Below are positions 46,073 to 56,962 of a stretch of DNA of 64,000 nucleotides, piece after piece. Under the pieces are notes generated by a model that saw nothing but the letters and a program-made list of their open reading frames with translations, was not told the origin of the DNA and did no database searches. The translations under genes were made by a program, and so were the position numbers. Position 1 is the stretch's first letter. Every line of letters starts with the position of its first letter. This DNA comes from an uncultured Holophagaceae bacterium (GTDB lineage Bacteria; Acidobacteriota; Holophagae; Holophagales; Holophagaceae), in contig CAIWKE010000034.1 of NCBI GenBank assembly GCA_903913215.1, forward strand, positions 13,483-77,482, written 5' to 3'.

Positions 46073-47224
46073 CTAGGCGTACACCAGCGCAGACCGCACA
46101 GCCAGCCGCGCAGCCTTCCACTCGGCCCAGGCGATCCGCAGCTCAGCCCGGTGGGCCTGGGCCGCGCCCTTCCAATCCGCCTTCGCTTCGCGCCAGGCTT
46201 CGGCCTTGGCCAACCCTTGGGCCCGCCAGTCGGCTTTCTTGGCCTGCCAGGTCTCGTGGCGCTCATGCAGGGCCAGCAGGGCCCCGTCCAGCTTGAGCCG
46301 TGCCGCAGCCAAGCGCTCCTGCATGGGCGTGGCGACACCTGGGCTGGCCAGCAGCAGGCGCTCGCGCAGCTTTTTCTCCTCCATCTGGAGCCGGGCTCGA
46401 GTCATGGCCGCGGCGGACACGCGCCGGAACCCGCTCACCAGGCCCGCCCAGCTCAGGACGTTCAGCAGCCACTTGGTGCTGTCCCACTGGTACCACAGGG
46501 CCCCGTTGCGGTAGTCCCACTGCCAGAGGTGATGGAAGTTGTGGTAACCCTCGCCATAGGTGAGGGGGGCCAGCACCCAGTTGTCCCGGGCGGAATTGGC
46601 GTCCGTATAGGGACGGCTCCCGAAGACATGGGCGGCGCTGTTGATGAGGAAGGTGGTGTGGTGGGTGAGCACGATGCGCAAGATCACGCCAAACACCAGG
46701 TGCCCCAGGAGATTCCCCGTGACCAGCCCGACCCACAACGGCAGCGTGGCCACGACGGCCCCGATGAGGAAGTGGTGCCGATGCTGCCACTGCACCAGGG
46801 GATCCTTCTCCAGATCCGCAACGCCTGTGATGGGCAGGGTCCTGTCCTCCATGACCCAGGTCCAGTGGGCATGCCAGAAGCCCTGCTGAATGGCGTAGGG
46901 ATCCTGCTCCGTATCCACGTGCTGGTGGTGGACCCGGTGGTCACTGGACCACTTGAGAGCCGAGTTCTCGAAGGCCGCGGCGCCCACGCAGAGGAAGAGG
47001 AAGCGCACCAGCTTCGAGGCCCGATAAGCCCGGTGGCTGAAGAGCCGGTGGTAGCCGCCGCTGATGGCGGTGCCGATGGCGAAGACCATCCCCAGACAGA
47101 CCAGGGCCTCGCTCCAACGCAGGCCCGAGGTGGCCAGGCGCCAGGGCACGGCCACCAGGGCCAGGGCCAGGGTGCCCGTGAGGAAAAGGGTGTTGAGCAG
47201 GTTCCAGCGTCTGGCCAGGGGCAT
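46073..47224 (-). CDS. Membrane fatty-acid (acyl-CoA/acyl-lipid delta-9 type) desaturase
   Basis: His boxes HRLFSH, HRVHH and HNFHH. N-terminal TM hairpins. Confidence 0.85.
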   Translation of the reverse strand: MPLARRWNLLNTLFLTGTLALALVAVPWRLATSGLRWSEALVCLGMVFAIGTAISGGYHRLFSHRAYRASKLVRFLFLCVGAAAFENSALKWSSDHRVHHQHVDTEQDPYAIQQGFWHAHWTWVMEDRTLPITGVADLEKDPLVQWQHRHHFLIGAVVATLPLWVGLVTGNLLGHLVFGVILRIVLTHHTTFLINSAAHVFGSRPYTDANSARDNWVLAPLTYGEGYHNFHHLWQWDYRNGALWYQWDSTKWLLNVLSWAGLVSGFRRVSAAAMTRARLQMEEKKLRERLLLASPGVATPMQERLAAARLKLDGALLALHERHETWQAKKADWRAQGLAKAEAWREAKADWKGAAQAHRAELRIAWAEWKAARLAVRSALVYA

Positions 47225-47295
47225 TCCATTGACTCCAAAATAGAGTTTTATTCTACAGGAAGGGCCTAGTCCCTGGCCTATGCCAAACTTGCCCC

Positions 47296-48618
47296 ATGTC
47301 CAATGGGGATTCCATGATCGCGAAAAGGCCCTGGTACCGGTCCAGCACCGTCTGGATTTTTGTAGGCCTCGCCCTGGGCGTCCTCCTGGGTGGCAGCTTG
47401 CCCCAGGACCAGTACCCCTGGGCCTATGATGGCTTCCGCTTCCTCTCCAAGGCCTTCATCAGCCTCATCAAGGGCCTCATCGTCCCCCTGCTGCTCTCTA
47501 CCATCATCGTGGGCATCGCCCAGACCGGTGATGTGAAGGCCGTGGGCCGCATGGGCGGCAAGGCCCTCCTCTACTTCGAGGTGGTCACCACCCTGGCCCT
47601 CTTCATCGGCCTGGCCGTGGCCAACTGGCTGAAGCCCGGCGCAAACCTGCCCATGGACATGGGCGCTCACACGGCGGTGGCGGCGGTGAAGGCCAAGACC
47701 GGCTGGGAGATCGCGCTCCACATGTTCCCTTCGAACCTGATCCAGCACGCGGCCGAGGCGGACATCCTCCCGGTGGTGATCTTCGCGACCCTCTTCGGCA
47801 TCGCGCTTACGAAGGTGGGCGAGCGGGGTAAGCCAGTGCTGGCCTTCTTCGATGGTGTGGCCCAGACCATGTTCAAGTACACAGACATTGTCATGACCCT
47901 CACCCCCCTGGGCGTCTTTGGGGCCATGGCCTACAACGTGAGCCACATGGCGGCCGGGCACGTGGTGCACGGAGTCCTGCTCAAGGGCTGGCCCGCCGTC
48001 TTCCACCTGCTCAAGCAGTACAGCGTGCTGGTGGGCAGCCTCTACTTGGCCCTGAGCCTGCTCTTCATTCTCGTCTTTGTGCCCATCGCCTGGCTTTCCG
48101 GCATCCGCATCCTGGGCTTTATCAAGGCCATCAAGGATCCAGCCCTCACGGCCTTCAGCACCGCCAGCAGTGAGGCGGCCCTGCCCAAACTGCTGGAAGA
48201 GGTGGTCCGGTTCGGCGTGCCCCGCAGCGTGGCCAGCTTCGTCATCCCCACGGGCTACAGCTTCAATCTGGACGGTTCCACGCTCTACCTGGTGCTGGCC
48301 AGCCTCACCATTGCCCAGGCGGCCGGCATCCACATGAGCCTGGGCCAGCAGTTGCTCATGGTCTTCACCTTCATGCTCACCAGTAAGGGCGTGGCAGGGG
48401 TGCCCCGGGCCACGCTGGTGATCATCGCGGGCACCTGCGGCAGCTTCGGCCTGCCGGGCGAGGCGGGCATCGCCATGCTGCTGGCCGTGGACGAGATCAT
48501 GGACATGGCCCGCACCACGGTGAACGTCATCGGCAACGGTTTGGCCAGCGTGGTCATCGCCAAGTGGGAGGGCGTCTTCGGCACAGACCCCGAACCGCTT
48601 CCTGACCAGACGGTCTGA
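47296..48618 (+). CDS. Dicarboxylate/amino acid:cation symporter (DAACS/GltP family)
   Basis: SSEAALP, FNLDGSTLY and SKGVAGVPRA motifs. Confidence 0.85.
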   Translation: MSNGDSMIAKRPWYRSSTVWIFVGLALGVLLGGSLPQDQYPWAYDGFRFLSKAFISLIKGLIVPLLLSTIIVGIAQTGDVKAVGRMGGKALLYFEVVTTLALFIGLAVANWLKPGANLPMDMGAHTAVAAVKAKTGWEIALHMFPSNLIQHAAEADILPVVIFATLFGIALTKVGERGKPVLAFFDGVAQTMFKYTDIVMTLTPLGVFGAMAYNVSHMAAGHVVHGVLLKGWPAVFHLLKQYSVLVGSLYLALSLLFILVFVPIAWLSGIRILGFIKAIKDPALTAFSTASSEAALPKLLEEVVRFGVPRSVASFVIPTGYSFNLDGSTLYLVLASLTIAQAAGIHMSLGQQLLMVFTFMLTSKGVAGVPRATLVIIAGTCGSFGLPGEAGIAMLLAVDEIMDMARTTVNVIGNGLASVVIAKWEGVFGTDPEPLPDQTV

Positions 48619-48686
48619 TATAACGGCTGATTTTCATATTTTAGAGTCCGGTGGTCGAATGATAGGAATCTGCACCCGGAGGCCCC

Positions 48687-49142
48687 ATGCGCCCATCCCT
48701 CAACGCCCTACTCTGCCTGCCCGCCATCTGCCTGCCCATGGCGGCCCAGGATGCCAGCCCAGTCGAGACCGAGTCCCTGGTGAAGGAGGCCATCGCCTTC
48801 GCCAAAGCCAATGGCAAGGAGGCTGCCTTCAAGGAAATAACCCGGGCCGGAGGGCGCTTTCACAAGCATGGCGGCGAGCTCTATGTGTTTGTCTACGATA
48901 TGGACGGCAAGGTGCTGGCCCACGGCCAGGGAGCCAGCAAGGTGGGCGTGAACCAGGCCAAGGCCAAGGATCCCGATGGCGTGGAGTTCGTCCAGGAGCG
49001 CATCCGCCTGGCCAAGACCAAGGGCAAGGGCTGGCATGACTACAAGTATGTGAACCCCAAGGATGGAAAAAAGGAGCCCAAGACCAGCTACATCGAGGTT
49101 TGGGAAGGCGCGATCTTTGGGGCGGGTATTTACAAGAAGTAG
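48687..49142 (+). CDS. Periplasmic single-Cache-domain protein
   Basis: Signal peptide. GELYVFVYDMDGKVLAHG and the Y..W.. pattern of sCache_2-like domains. Confidence 0.6.
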   Translation: MRPSLNALLCLPAICLPMAAQDASPVETESLVKEAIAFAKANGKEAAFKEITRAGGRFHKHGGELYVFVYDMDGKVLAHGQGASKVGVNQAKAKDPDGVEFVQERIRLAKTKGKGWHDYKYVNPKDGKKEPKTSYIEVWEGAIFGAGIYKK

Positions 49143-49172
49143 CCCACCCTCCGAGAGCCGAGGGCCAGGCCG

Positions 49173-49847
49173 ATGCCATCATGGAGGCTGGAGGTCGGCT
49201 TGAAACTCATCGCCTGGGACTTTGACGGCACCCTCATGGATACCCGCCTGCTCATCGAGACAGGCATGACCCACACCTTGAAGGAACTGGGCCTTCCCCA
49301 GTCACTCATGACTGAGTGGGTGAAGGCCGTGGGCCTGCCCCTGGAGGCGGGCATCCAGAACACCTTTGGCCACCTGGACCTGGACTACGCCACCATCCTC
49401 ACGGCCTACCGCAGTTTTGGGCACGTGGAGCACGAGCACCTGATCCAGCCCTTCGCGGGCATCCCCGAGCTGCTGGCAGAACTCCAAGCCGGGGGCATGC
49501 GCATGGCCATCGCCACCTCCAAACGCCGGATCCCCCTCCTGCGCCAGATGGCCCCCTACGGCTGGGAGGCTTACTTCGACCCCATCATCACCCCGGACGA
49601 GGTCACCCATGGCAAGCCCCATCCCGAGACCCTGGATCTCATGCAGACCCTGACCGGCCTGGGGCCCGAGGAGATCCTCATGGTGGGAGACACCCCCTTC
49701 GACCTGGACATGGCCCGGGACGCCGGGGTGCCCAGCGTGGGTGTGGGCCATGGTTTCTATTCCCAGGAGGCCCTGGCGGCCTGCGGCCCCCGGGCCTATG
49801 CGCCCGATACGGCGGCCCTCCGGGATATCTTGTTGGCCTATCTATGA
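49173..49847 (+). CDS. HAD-superfamily phosphatase (phosphoglycolate-phosphatase-like)
   Basis: DFDGTLMDT (motif I), ATSK (motif II), VGDTPFDLDMA (motif IV). Confidence 0.75.
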   Translation: MPSWRLEVGLKLIAWDFDGTLMDTRLLIETGMTHTLKELGLPQSLMTEWVKAVGLPLEAGIQNTFGHLDLDYATILTAYRSFGHVEHEHLIQPFAGIPELLAELQAGGMRMAIATSKRRIPLLRQMAPYGWEAYFDPIITPDEVTHGKPHPETLDLMQTLTGLGPEEILMVGDTPFDLDMARDAGVPSVGVGHGFYSQEALAACGPRAYAPDTAALRDILLAYL

Positions 49848-49950
49848 TCTGGGGAGGACCGCCTGCTCGCAGCGCTCGCGATGTCCCCCCCGGGATCCCC
49901 CGCACTGCCAACCTGCAAACCCGAGGGGCAGTGCCCACCACGGAGGCCCC

Positions 49951-50451
49951 ATGGCTGCCTTGACACACCTCGACCCCGAAGGCCGCCCGGTCATGGTGGA
50001 CGTTTCTGCCAAGGCCATCACCCGGCGTCGCGCCGTGGCGGCGGGTTATCTGGAACTGGACGCCCCGGCCGCTGAGGCCCTGGCCCAGGGCGGGGGGCCC
50101 AAGGGCGATCCCTGGTCCGTGGCCCGCCTCGGGGCGGTGGGGGGCGTGAAACGCACCTCGGACCTCATCCCCCTGGCTCATCCCCTGGCCATCGAGGCTG
50201 TGGACGTGCTCCACCACTGGGATCCCATCACCCGACGGGCCTGGCTGCGGGTGGCCGTGAGCTGCGAGGGCCGGACCGGCATCGAGATGGAAGCCCTGGC
50301 CGGCGTGACGGTGGGCCTGCTGGTGCTCTACGACATGCTCAAGGCCGTGAGCCACGGCATGAGCCTGGGCCCGGCTCGACTCCTCCGGAAGGAGGGGGGC
50401 CGCCGGGGCACCCTGACCCTGCCCTGGGAGGGCTGCCCCTGGGAACCCTGA
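49951..50451 (+). CDS. moaC: Cyclic pyranopterin monophosphate synthase
   Basis: LTHLDPEGRPVMVDVSAK, IPLAHPL and MEALAGVTVGLLVLYDMLKA. ORF trimmed to the ATG at 49951. Confidence 0.9.
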   Translation: MAALTHLDPEGRPVMVDVSAKAITRRRAVAAGYLELDAPAAEALAQGGGPKGDPWSVARLGAVGGVKRTSDLIPLAHPLAIEAVDVLHHWDPITRRAWLRVAVSCEGRTGIEMEALAGVTVGLLVLYDMLKAVSHGMSLGPARLLRKEGGRRGTLTLPWEGCPWEP

Positions 50452-50631
50452 GCCTAGGAGGCCTCAGACCCAGGATCCCGGGGAGGCCAGTTGGAAAACA
50501 TTTGCATGTTCAAGGTCCCCTTACCCAGATAAGATAACTTCTTACCGTTCCTCTCATCACCTATCGGGGTCTTGACCCCCACATGGAGGCCTAGCGAAGC
50601 AGGCTTTTCCGTTCCAGCCGGGAGTTCCCCC

Positions 50632-51684
50632 ATGCGTCTTGCCGTCCTGACCCTCGTCATCGCGTCCTTAAGCCTAGGCCTTCAGGCCGCGCCAAAGCGA
50701 CACTCCAAGAAGACGCACTCCCGCGCTGCGGCCCCTGCCGACGCCACGGTCCATGTCATCAAGAAGGGGGAGACCGCTGCTGCGGTGTCCCGGCTCACGG
50801 GCCTGAGCCTCCAGGAACTGGCGGCGCTCAACCCCGGCAAGTCCCTGTCGAAGCTGGCCGTGGGCACCCGCCTCATCGTCGGCCGCCGCGCCACTGAAGC
50901 CAGCCCCACCCGGACCGAAGCCACCCTGGCCGCTGCCCCCCGCCTGCCCCTGCCGGCTCTGCCGGGCAGCCCCATCGTCGCCCCCATGCCCATGCCCCAC
51001 CTGGAGCGGCTGTTGCCCTACCAGGTAAAGGCCATGGTCCCGAACCAAGGCTCCCTGCAGGCCTCAGTCCTGGACTCCCACCTGACCCCGACCACCAGCT
51101 CCCAGCTGCTGGCCCGCATGCAGCCCGTCATGCCCCCGGTCACTGAGGCCGAACTCAATGCCCTGCTGCCCACCTTCGCTCCCGCCGATCCCGAGCGCCT
51201 GGACCTGCTCTGGCCCGTGGAAACTCGGACCATCAGCTCCGCCTGGGGTCCCCGCATGCGGACCAAGACCGTCCGCGTAAAGAACCAGCGCAAGAAGAGA
51301 GTTCGCTACAAGGGTCGGCACAAAGGCGTGGACCTCACGGCCCCCGTCGGGACTTCGGTCTTCGCCGCCCTGGATGGCCAGGTGGTCATGTCCGGCAAGC
51401 ACAAGCAGTACGGCAACTATGTGGTGGTGGACCACGGCAATGGCGTGGCCACCCTCTACGCCCACCACCAGCTGAACCTGGTGCGTGAAGGCGACATCGT
51501 GCACCGGGGCCAGAAAATCGCAGAAGTGGGCCGCACCGGCAACGCCACGGGACCCCATCTGCACTTCGAGCTGAAGGTCGATGGGGTGCAGCGCAATCCC
51601 CTGCCGGTGCTGAATGACGAAGAGGAGATCCCGGCGGATCTGGCGGCCCAGAACGCCCTGCTTGGACCCGGCGCCAAGCGCTGA
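50632..51684 (+). CDS. LysM-domain M23 peptidoglycan endopeptidase (catalytically intact)
   Basis: Signal peptide. LysM domain (HVIKKGETAAAVSRLTGLSLQELAALNP). HKGVD (HxxxD) and GPHLHFE (HxH). Confidence 0.8.
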   Translation: MRLAVLTLVIASLSLGLQAAPKRHSKKTHSRAAAPADATVHVIKKGETAAAVSRLTGLSLQELAALNPGKSLSKLAVGTRLIVGRRATEASPTRTEATLAAAPRLPLPALPGSPIVAPMPMPHLERLLPYQVKAMVPNQGSLQASVLDSHLTPTTSSQLLARMQPVMPPVTEAELNALLPTFAPADPERLDLLWPVETRTISSAWGPRMRTKTVRVKNQRKKRVRYKGRHKGVDLTAPVGTSVFAALDGQVVMSGKHKQYGNYVVVDHGNGVATLYAHHQLNLVREGDIVHRGQKIAEVGRTGNATGPHLHFELKVDGVQRNPLPVLNDEEEIPADLAAQNALLGPGAKR

Positions 51685-51787
51685 ACTTCCAGGCCCTCAG
51701 CGGCATTCGAAGGAAGCGTGCCCTCCGGTCTCTCCGCGGGACCGGGCCCCTAGGCCGTGTTAGACTTGGACTTTTCGCCTTTTCGAG

Positions 51788-53734
51788 GTGGTCATGCGGC
51801 TGTACCGAGCTTTCCTCCAGTCCCTGGGGGCCATTGCGCTTCTGGTCCTGGTCTTGGCCTGCAAGGGGAAATCCCATTCCGCCGCGGATGGGTCGGTCAC
51901 GGTTTCCGGCACGATCAACTATGTGCGAGTCCCCCTGGCCAAGGACGCCACCGGCATGCCCACCGGCCTGGCGGATGCCTCGGTAGCGACCAACCTGGTC
52001 ACCCTGCCCGCCCGCGGCGTGTTGATCCGGGCCTTCCAGCAGGTCCCCCAGACTCAGGCTGACGGCAGCACCACCACGAACTGGGTGTTCATCACCTCCA
52101 CCTCCACCAGTTCGACCACGGATACCCCCGGCCAGTACTCGCTGACGGTCCCCGGGGGTCGGGCCACCATGATCGAGGTGCTGAGCACCTTCGTCGGTGG
52201 TGCCAGCCGCTTCGTCAATGTCGTGGCGGAGCCGGGCGGCATCAACAGCAGCACCCCCGCCCTGGATCGCCTGCGCTATGGCATCCGCAAGGCCGTGGAC
52301 GGTACCGCTCCAGCCGGCAACAACGCGCCCAATTCCGTCATCAATGGCAACACCACCCTGAACGTCACCGTGGGTCTCAACGATGAGTGGTGGCTCGTCA
52401 ATCCCTCCTACAACCTGGGAACTGGCGTGTCCGACAGCTCCGTCAAGTCCGCCGTCCTGGAGACAAGCGTCTCGGGTCGCAGCGCTGGCCTGGGCAGCGG
52501 CAGCCGCATCCTTGGCATCGGGGACACCCTCGCCAGCTTTGTTTACAACTATGGGAATTCCACGCCCGGCGGCACCCTGGACCTGCACTACTGGCCCGGC
52601 CGAACAGAAGCCCAGGGCTCGTACATCAACTACGACACCACCGCCTTCCCCCAGGCCTACGACCCCTCCTCCAACGCCTTCCATTACTTCGGCTCCATTG
52701 CCGCAGGCCCCGTCAATGATGACGCCTGGGACGAGGGCGTGATCCTGCCCATGCTGGGCCGCAATGCCCTCTACGCCAGCGGCCTCGGCGCCATTCGCAC
52801 CTTTGCCGTGCCCCTGAATCCCTATTTCCCGCTCGGCACAGCCCTCCCGAACCTGGTCCCGGACATGGCCCTCATCGAGGGACTCCCCGATGCCATGGCG
52901 GCCAACGTGCTCAAGTCCCCCTACCTGGCGGACACCAAAGGCACGGCCCTGGCCTCCCTCAAGGACATCCGGGATCTCTCTGCCCTGACCAGTGCCCAGA
53001 AGAACCCCTACTCCGCCCCGGCCGTGAGGGCATTCGCCTGGCAGGTGATCCTCACCGCCAACAGCCTCGCCACTCCTGGAGTGCAGGCCAACTGGTCCAC
53101 CATCAACCCCCTGGCCGCCGCCCGCTTCTTCGTCGGACCCGCCGGTTCTACCAACGGCGCCACTGATGGCACCGCCCGGGACATCGAACCCCTCAACATC
53201 TACACCCAGATCACCCGCCTGAAGGAGAGCAAGCTCTCCACGGAACCCGTGGACCTAGCCGCCGTGTTCACGGATGCGGTCCTGGCCCCGCTCGGCACCC
53301 CCTTCGGCATCCCCTGGCCCCGGCCCAGCACCGGCAGTCTGGCCGTGTTCGCCGACGACTGGGGCACGGATCCCACGGGCGCTCTGCCAGTGGTGCCCCT
53401 TACCATGGCCCAGGCCACTCAGGTCCACGGGCTCTACCCCAACCTAACACCGGGTGAGCTGGTCTTTGCCGGCTTCAGGCTAACCGCCGACAAGCGCTGC
53501 GTGCTCAGCGCCACCATCAGCCCCGCCCTCCAGGCCGGGAGCCGCATTGATGTGGACCTGCCCAAGATGAACCGCACCTTCAGCTTCACCGGTAGCGGAG
53601 GCTCCACCCCGGTCATCATCATCCCCCAGTTCGGCAACCCCCCGGTCTACCACCCGGTCCGAGTCTGGCTGAGGAGCCCCTCGGCCCTGCAGCCGGATGT
53701 GATCCTCACCCTGACGCTTACGCCCTCCTTCTAG
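51788..53734 (+). CDS. Large lipoprotein, function unknown
   Basis: LLVLVLAC lipobox. N-terminal carboxypeptidase-regulatory-like beta domain (VTVSGTINYVRV). The remainder has no motif I recognise. Confidence 0.5.
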   Translation: MVMRLYRAFLQSLGAIALLVLVLACKGKSHSAADGSVTVSGTINYVRVPLAKDATGMPTGLADASVATNLVTLPARGVLIRAFQQVPQTQADGSTTTNWVFITSTSTSSTTDTPGQYSLTVPGGRATMIEVLSTFVGGASRFVNVVAEPGGINSSTPALDRLRYGIRKAVDGTAPAGNNAPNSVINGNTTLNVTVGLNDEWWLVNPSYNLGTGVSDSSVKSAVLETSVSGRSAGLGSGSRILGIGDTLASFVYNYGNSTPGGTLDLHYWPGRTEAQGSYINYDTTAFPQAYDPSSNAFHYFGSIAAGPVNDDAWDEGVILPMLGRNALYASGLGAIRTFAVPLNPYFPLGTALPNLVPDMALIEGLPDAMAANVLKSPYLADTKGTALASLKDIRDLSALTSAQKNPYSAPAVRAFAWQVILTANSLATPGVQANWSTINPLAAARFFVGPAGSTNGATDGTARDIEPLNIYTQITRLKESKLSTEPVDLAAVFTDAVLAPLGTPFGIPWPRPSTGSLAVFADDWGTDPTGALPVVPLTMAQATQVHGLYPNLTPGELVFAGFRLTADKRCVLSATISPALQAGSRIDVDLPKMNRTFSFTGSGGSTPVIIIPQFGNPPVYHPVRVWLRSPSALQPDVILTLTLTPSF

Positions 53735-53749
53735 ACCCTCGGGGAAGAC

Positions 53750-54556
53750 ATGACCACGGCCCTCCAGATCCTGCAGTCCAAGGTCCCCTACCAGCCCGAA
53801 CTGGCCATCGTCCTAGGCTCCGGCCTGGGCGCCCTGGCAGACAGTGCCGAAGCCCGCAACGGGATCACCATCCCCTTCACCGACCTGCCCGGCTTCCCGG
53901 CTCCTACCGTTGAGGGCCATGGCGGCAAGCTGGTCTTCTGCGAGTTCGAAGGCCGCAAGGTCGTCCTCCAGGCTGGCCGTTTCCACTTCTATGAGGGCCA
54001 TCCCATGCCCCTCGTGGTCTCCCCCATGCGCCTCTACGGGCGACTGGGCGTAAAGACCGTGATGCTGACCAATGCCGCTGGAGCCTTGAACCCCGCCTTT
54101 GGCGTGGGCGAGCTCATGGCCCTCACGGACCACATCAACTTCTTCGGCACCAACCCCCTCATCGGCCCCAACGTGGGTCCTGGCCCCCGCTTCCCGGACA
54201 TGACGGCCATCTACGATGCCGGGCTGCGGAGCCACCTCTTGGCCTGTGCCCAGCAACTCGGCCAAACGGTGCGCGAAGGCGTCTACCTGGGCCTCACGGG
54301 CCCCAGTTACGAGACTCCCGCCGAAATCCGCGCCTTCCGCCTGCTGGGGGCCGATGCCGTGGGCATGAGCACGGTGCCCGAAGCCATTGTGGCCCGCCAG
54401 GAGGGCATGCGCGTGGCAGGGATCTCCTGCCTGTGCAACATGGGCGCCGGCATCCTACCCCAAGCCCTCACCCACAAGGAAGTGCTCGAAGCCGGAGCCG
54501 CTGCCGCCGGCCGCTTCGAGGCCCTCATTCGCGCCTTCGTGCGGGGCCTGGTCTAG
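53750..54556 (+). CDS. Purine nucleoside phosphorylase (trimeric PNP/MTAP family)
   Basis: LGSGLG, GRFHFYEG, GPSYETPAE and VGMSTVPE motifs. Confidence 0.85.
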   Translation: MTTALQILQSKVPYQPELAIVLGSGLGALADSAEARNGITIPFTDLPGFPAPTVEGHGGKLVFCEFEGRKVVLQAGRFHFYEGHPMPLVVSPMRLYGRLGVKTVMLTNAAGALNPAFGVGELMALTDHINFFGTNPLIGPNVGPGPRFPDMTAIYDAGLRSHLLACAQQLGQTVREGVYLGLTGPSYETPAEIRAFRLLGADAVGMSTVPEAIVARQEGMRVAGISCLCNMGAGILPQALTHKEVLEAGAAAAGRFEALIRAFVRGLV

Positions 54557-54574
54557 TCCCAACTTTTTCCCTCC

Positions 54575-54607
54575 AGTGAAAAGCCCGGCAAAGCCGGGCT
54601 TTTCACT
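54575..54607 (+). terminator. Rho-independent terminator after the PNP gene
   Basis: AGTGAAAAGCCCGGC-AAA-GCCGGGCTTTTCACT. Confidence 0.7.
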
Positions 54608-54645
54608 GAACCGTGCTGCCCCGCGATGTTTAAGGAAAGAGTTAA

Positions 54646-54674
54646 GCAGAAGCCCGGCTTCGCCGGGCTTCTGC
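54646..54674 (-). terminator. Rho-independent terminator after acs
   Basis: GCAGAAGCCCGGC-TTC-GCCGGGCTTCTGC, followed on the minus strand by TTAACTCTTTCC. Confidence 0.6.
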
Positions 54675-54720
54675 GTGGGGGCCCGGGGGTTTGCGCGCAG
54701 CGCGGAACCCCCGGACAGCA

Positions 54721-56673
<1,953 letters not shown>

Positions 56674-56962
56674 GGGCTGGCTCCGTGTCTGGGTTAGAGA
56701 GAGCAAGTAAGGTGTTCAGAAATCAGTCCGCGCGCGCGGATTCCGTGGGAAGTCAGGAACGGTTCAGATTGAGTTGTGGGGCTGAGTGTTGTTCATTTTC
56801 CGGTTCACCGGAAGCCTTGTCCAGTAATCGTTTGCCCCGCTGGAGGGTGAGCGTCGACCCTTCGCAGATTCAGGCTGGATGCGCTGAAACGGGGACCGGG
56901 CGAGGGATCGCTCCACTCGCCCGGCCTCCTTTCCGTTCCAGCGACAGGCGCCGGAAGCCTGT

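Noticed and set aside
46073-46420. C-terminal ~110-aa Ala/Lys/Trp-rich helical extension of the fatty-acid desaturase as a novel fused domain
   Set aside because: Extensions of this length seem compatible with known ~390-aa bacterial delta-9 desaturases. There is no separate domain signature, so I do not consider it noteworthy without an alignment.
49848-49950. Structured 103-nt leader before moaC (hairpin GCACTGCC-N17-GGCAGTGC at about 49903-49935) as a Moco riboswitch
   Set aside because: The spacer is shorter than the ~130-140-nt Moco motif. I cannot match its conserved core from memory. An Rfam covariance-model scan (RF01055) would be needed, so it stays unsupported.
54575-54674. Two terminator hairpins sharing the core AAGCCCGGC...GCCGGGCTT as a repeat family
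   Set aside because: They are adequately explained as convergent-gene terminators. The shared GC-rich core is short and of low complexity.
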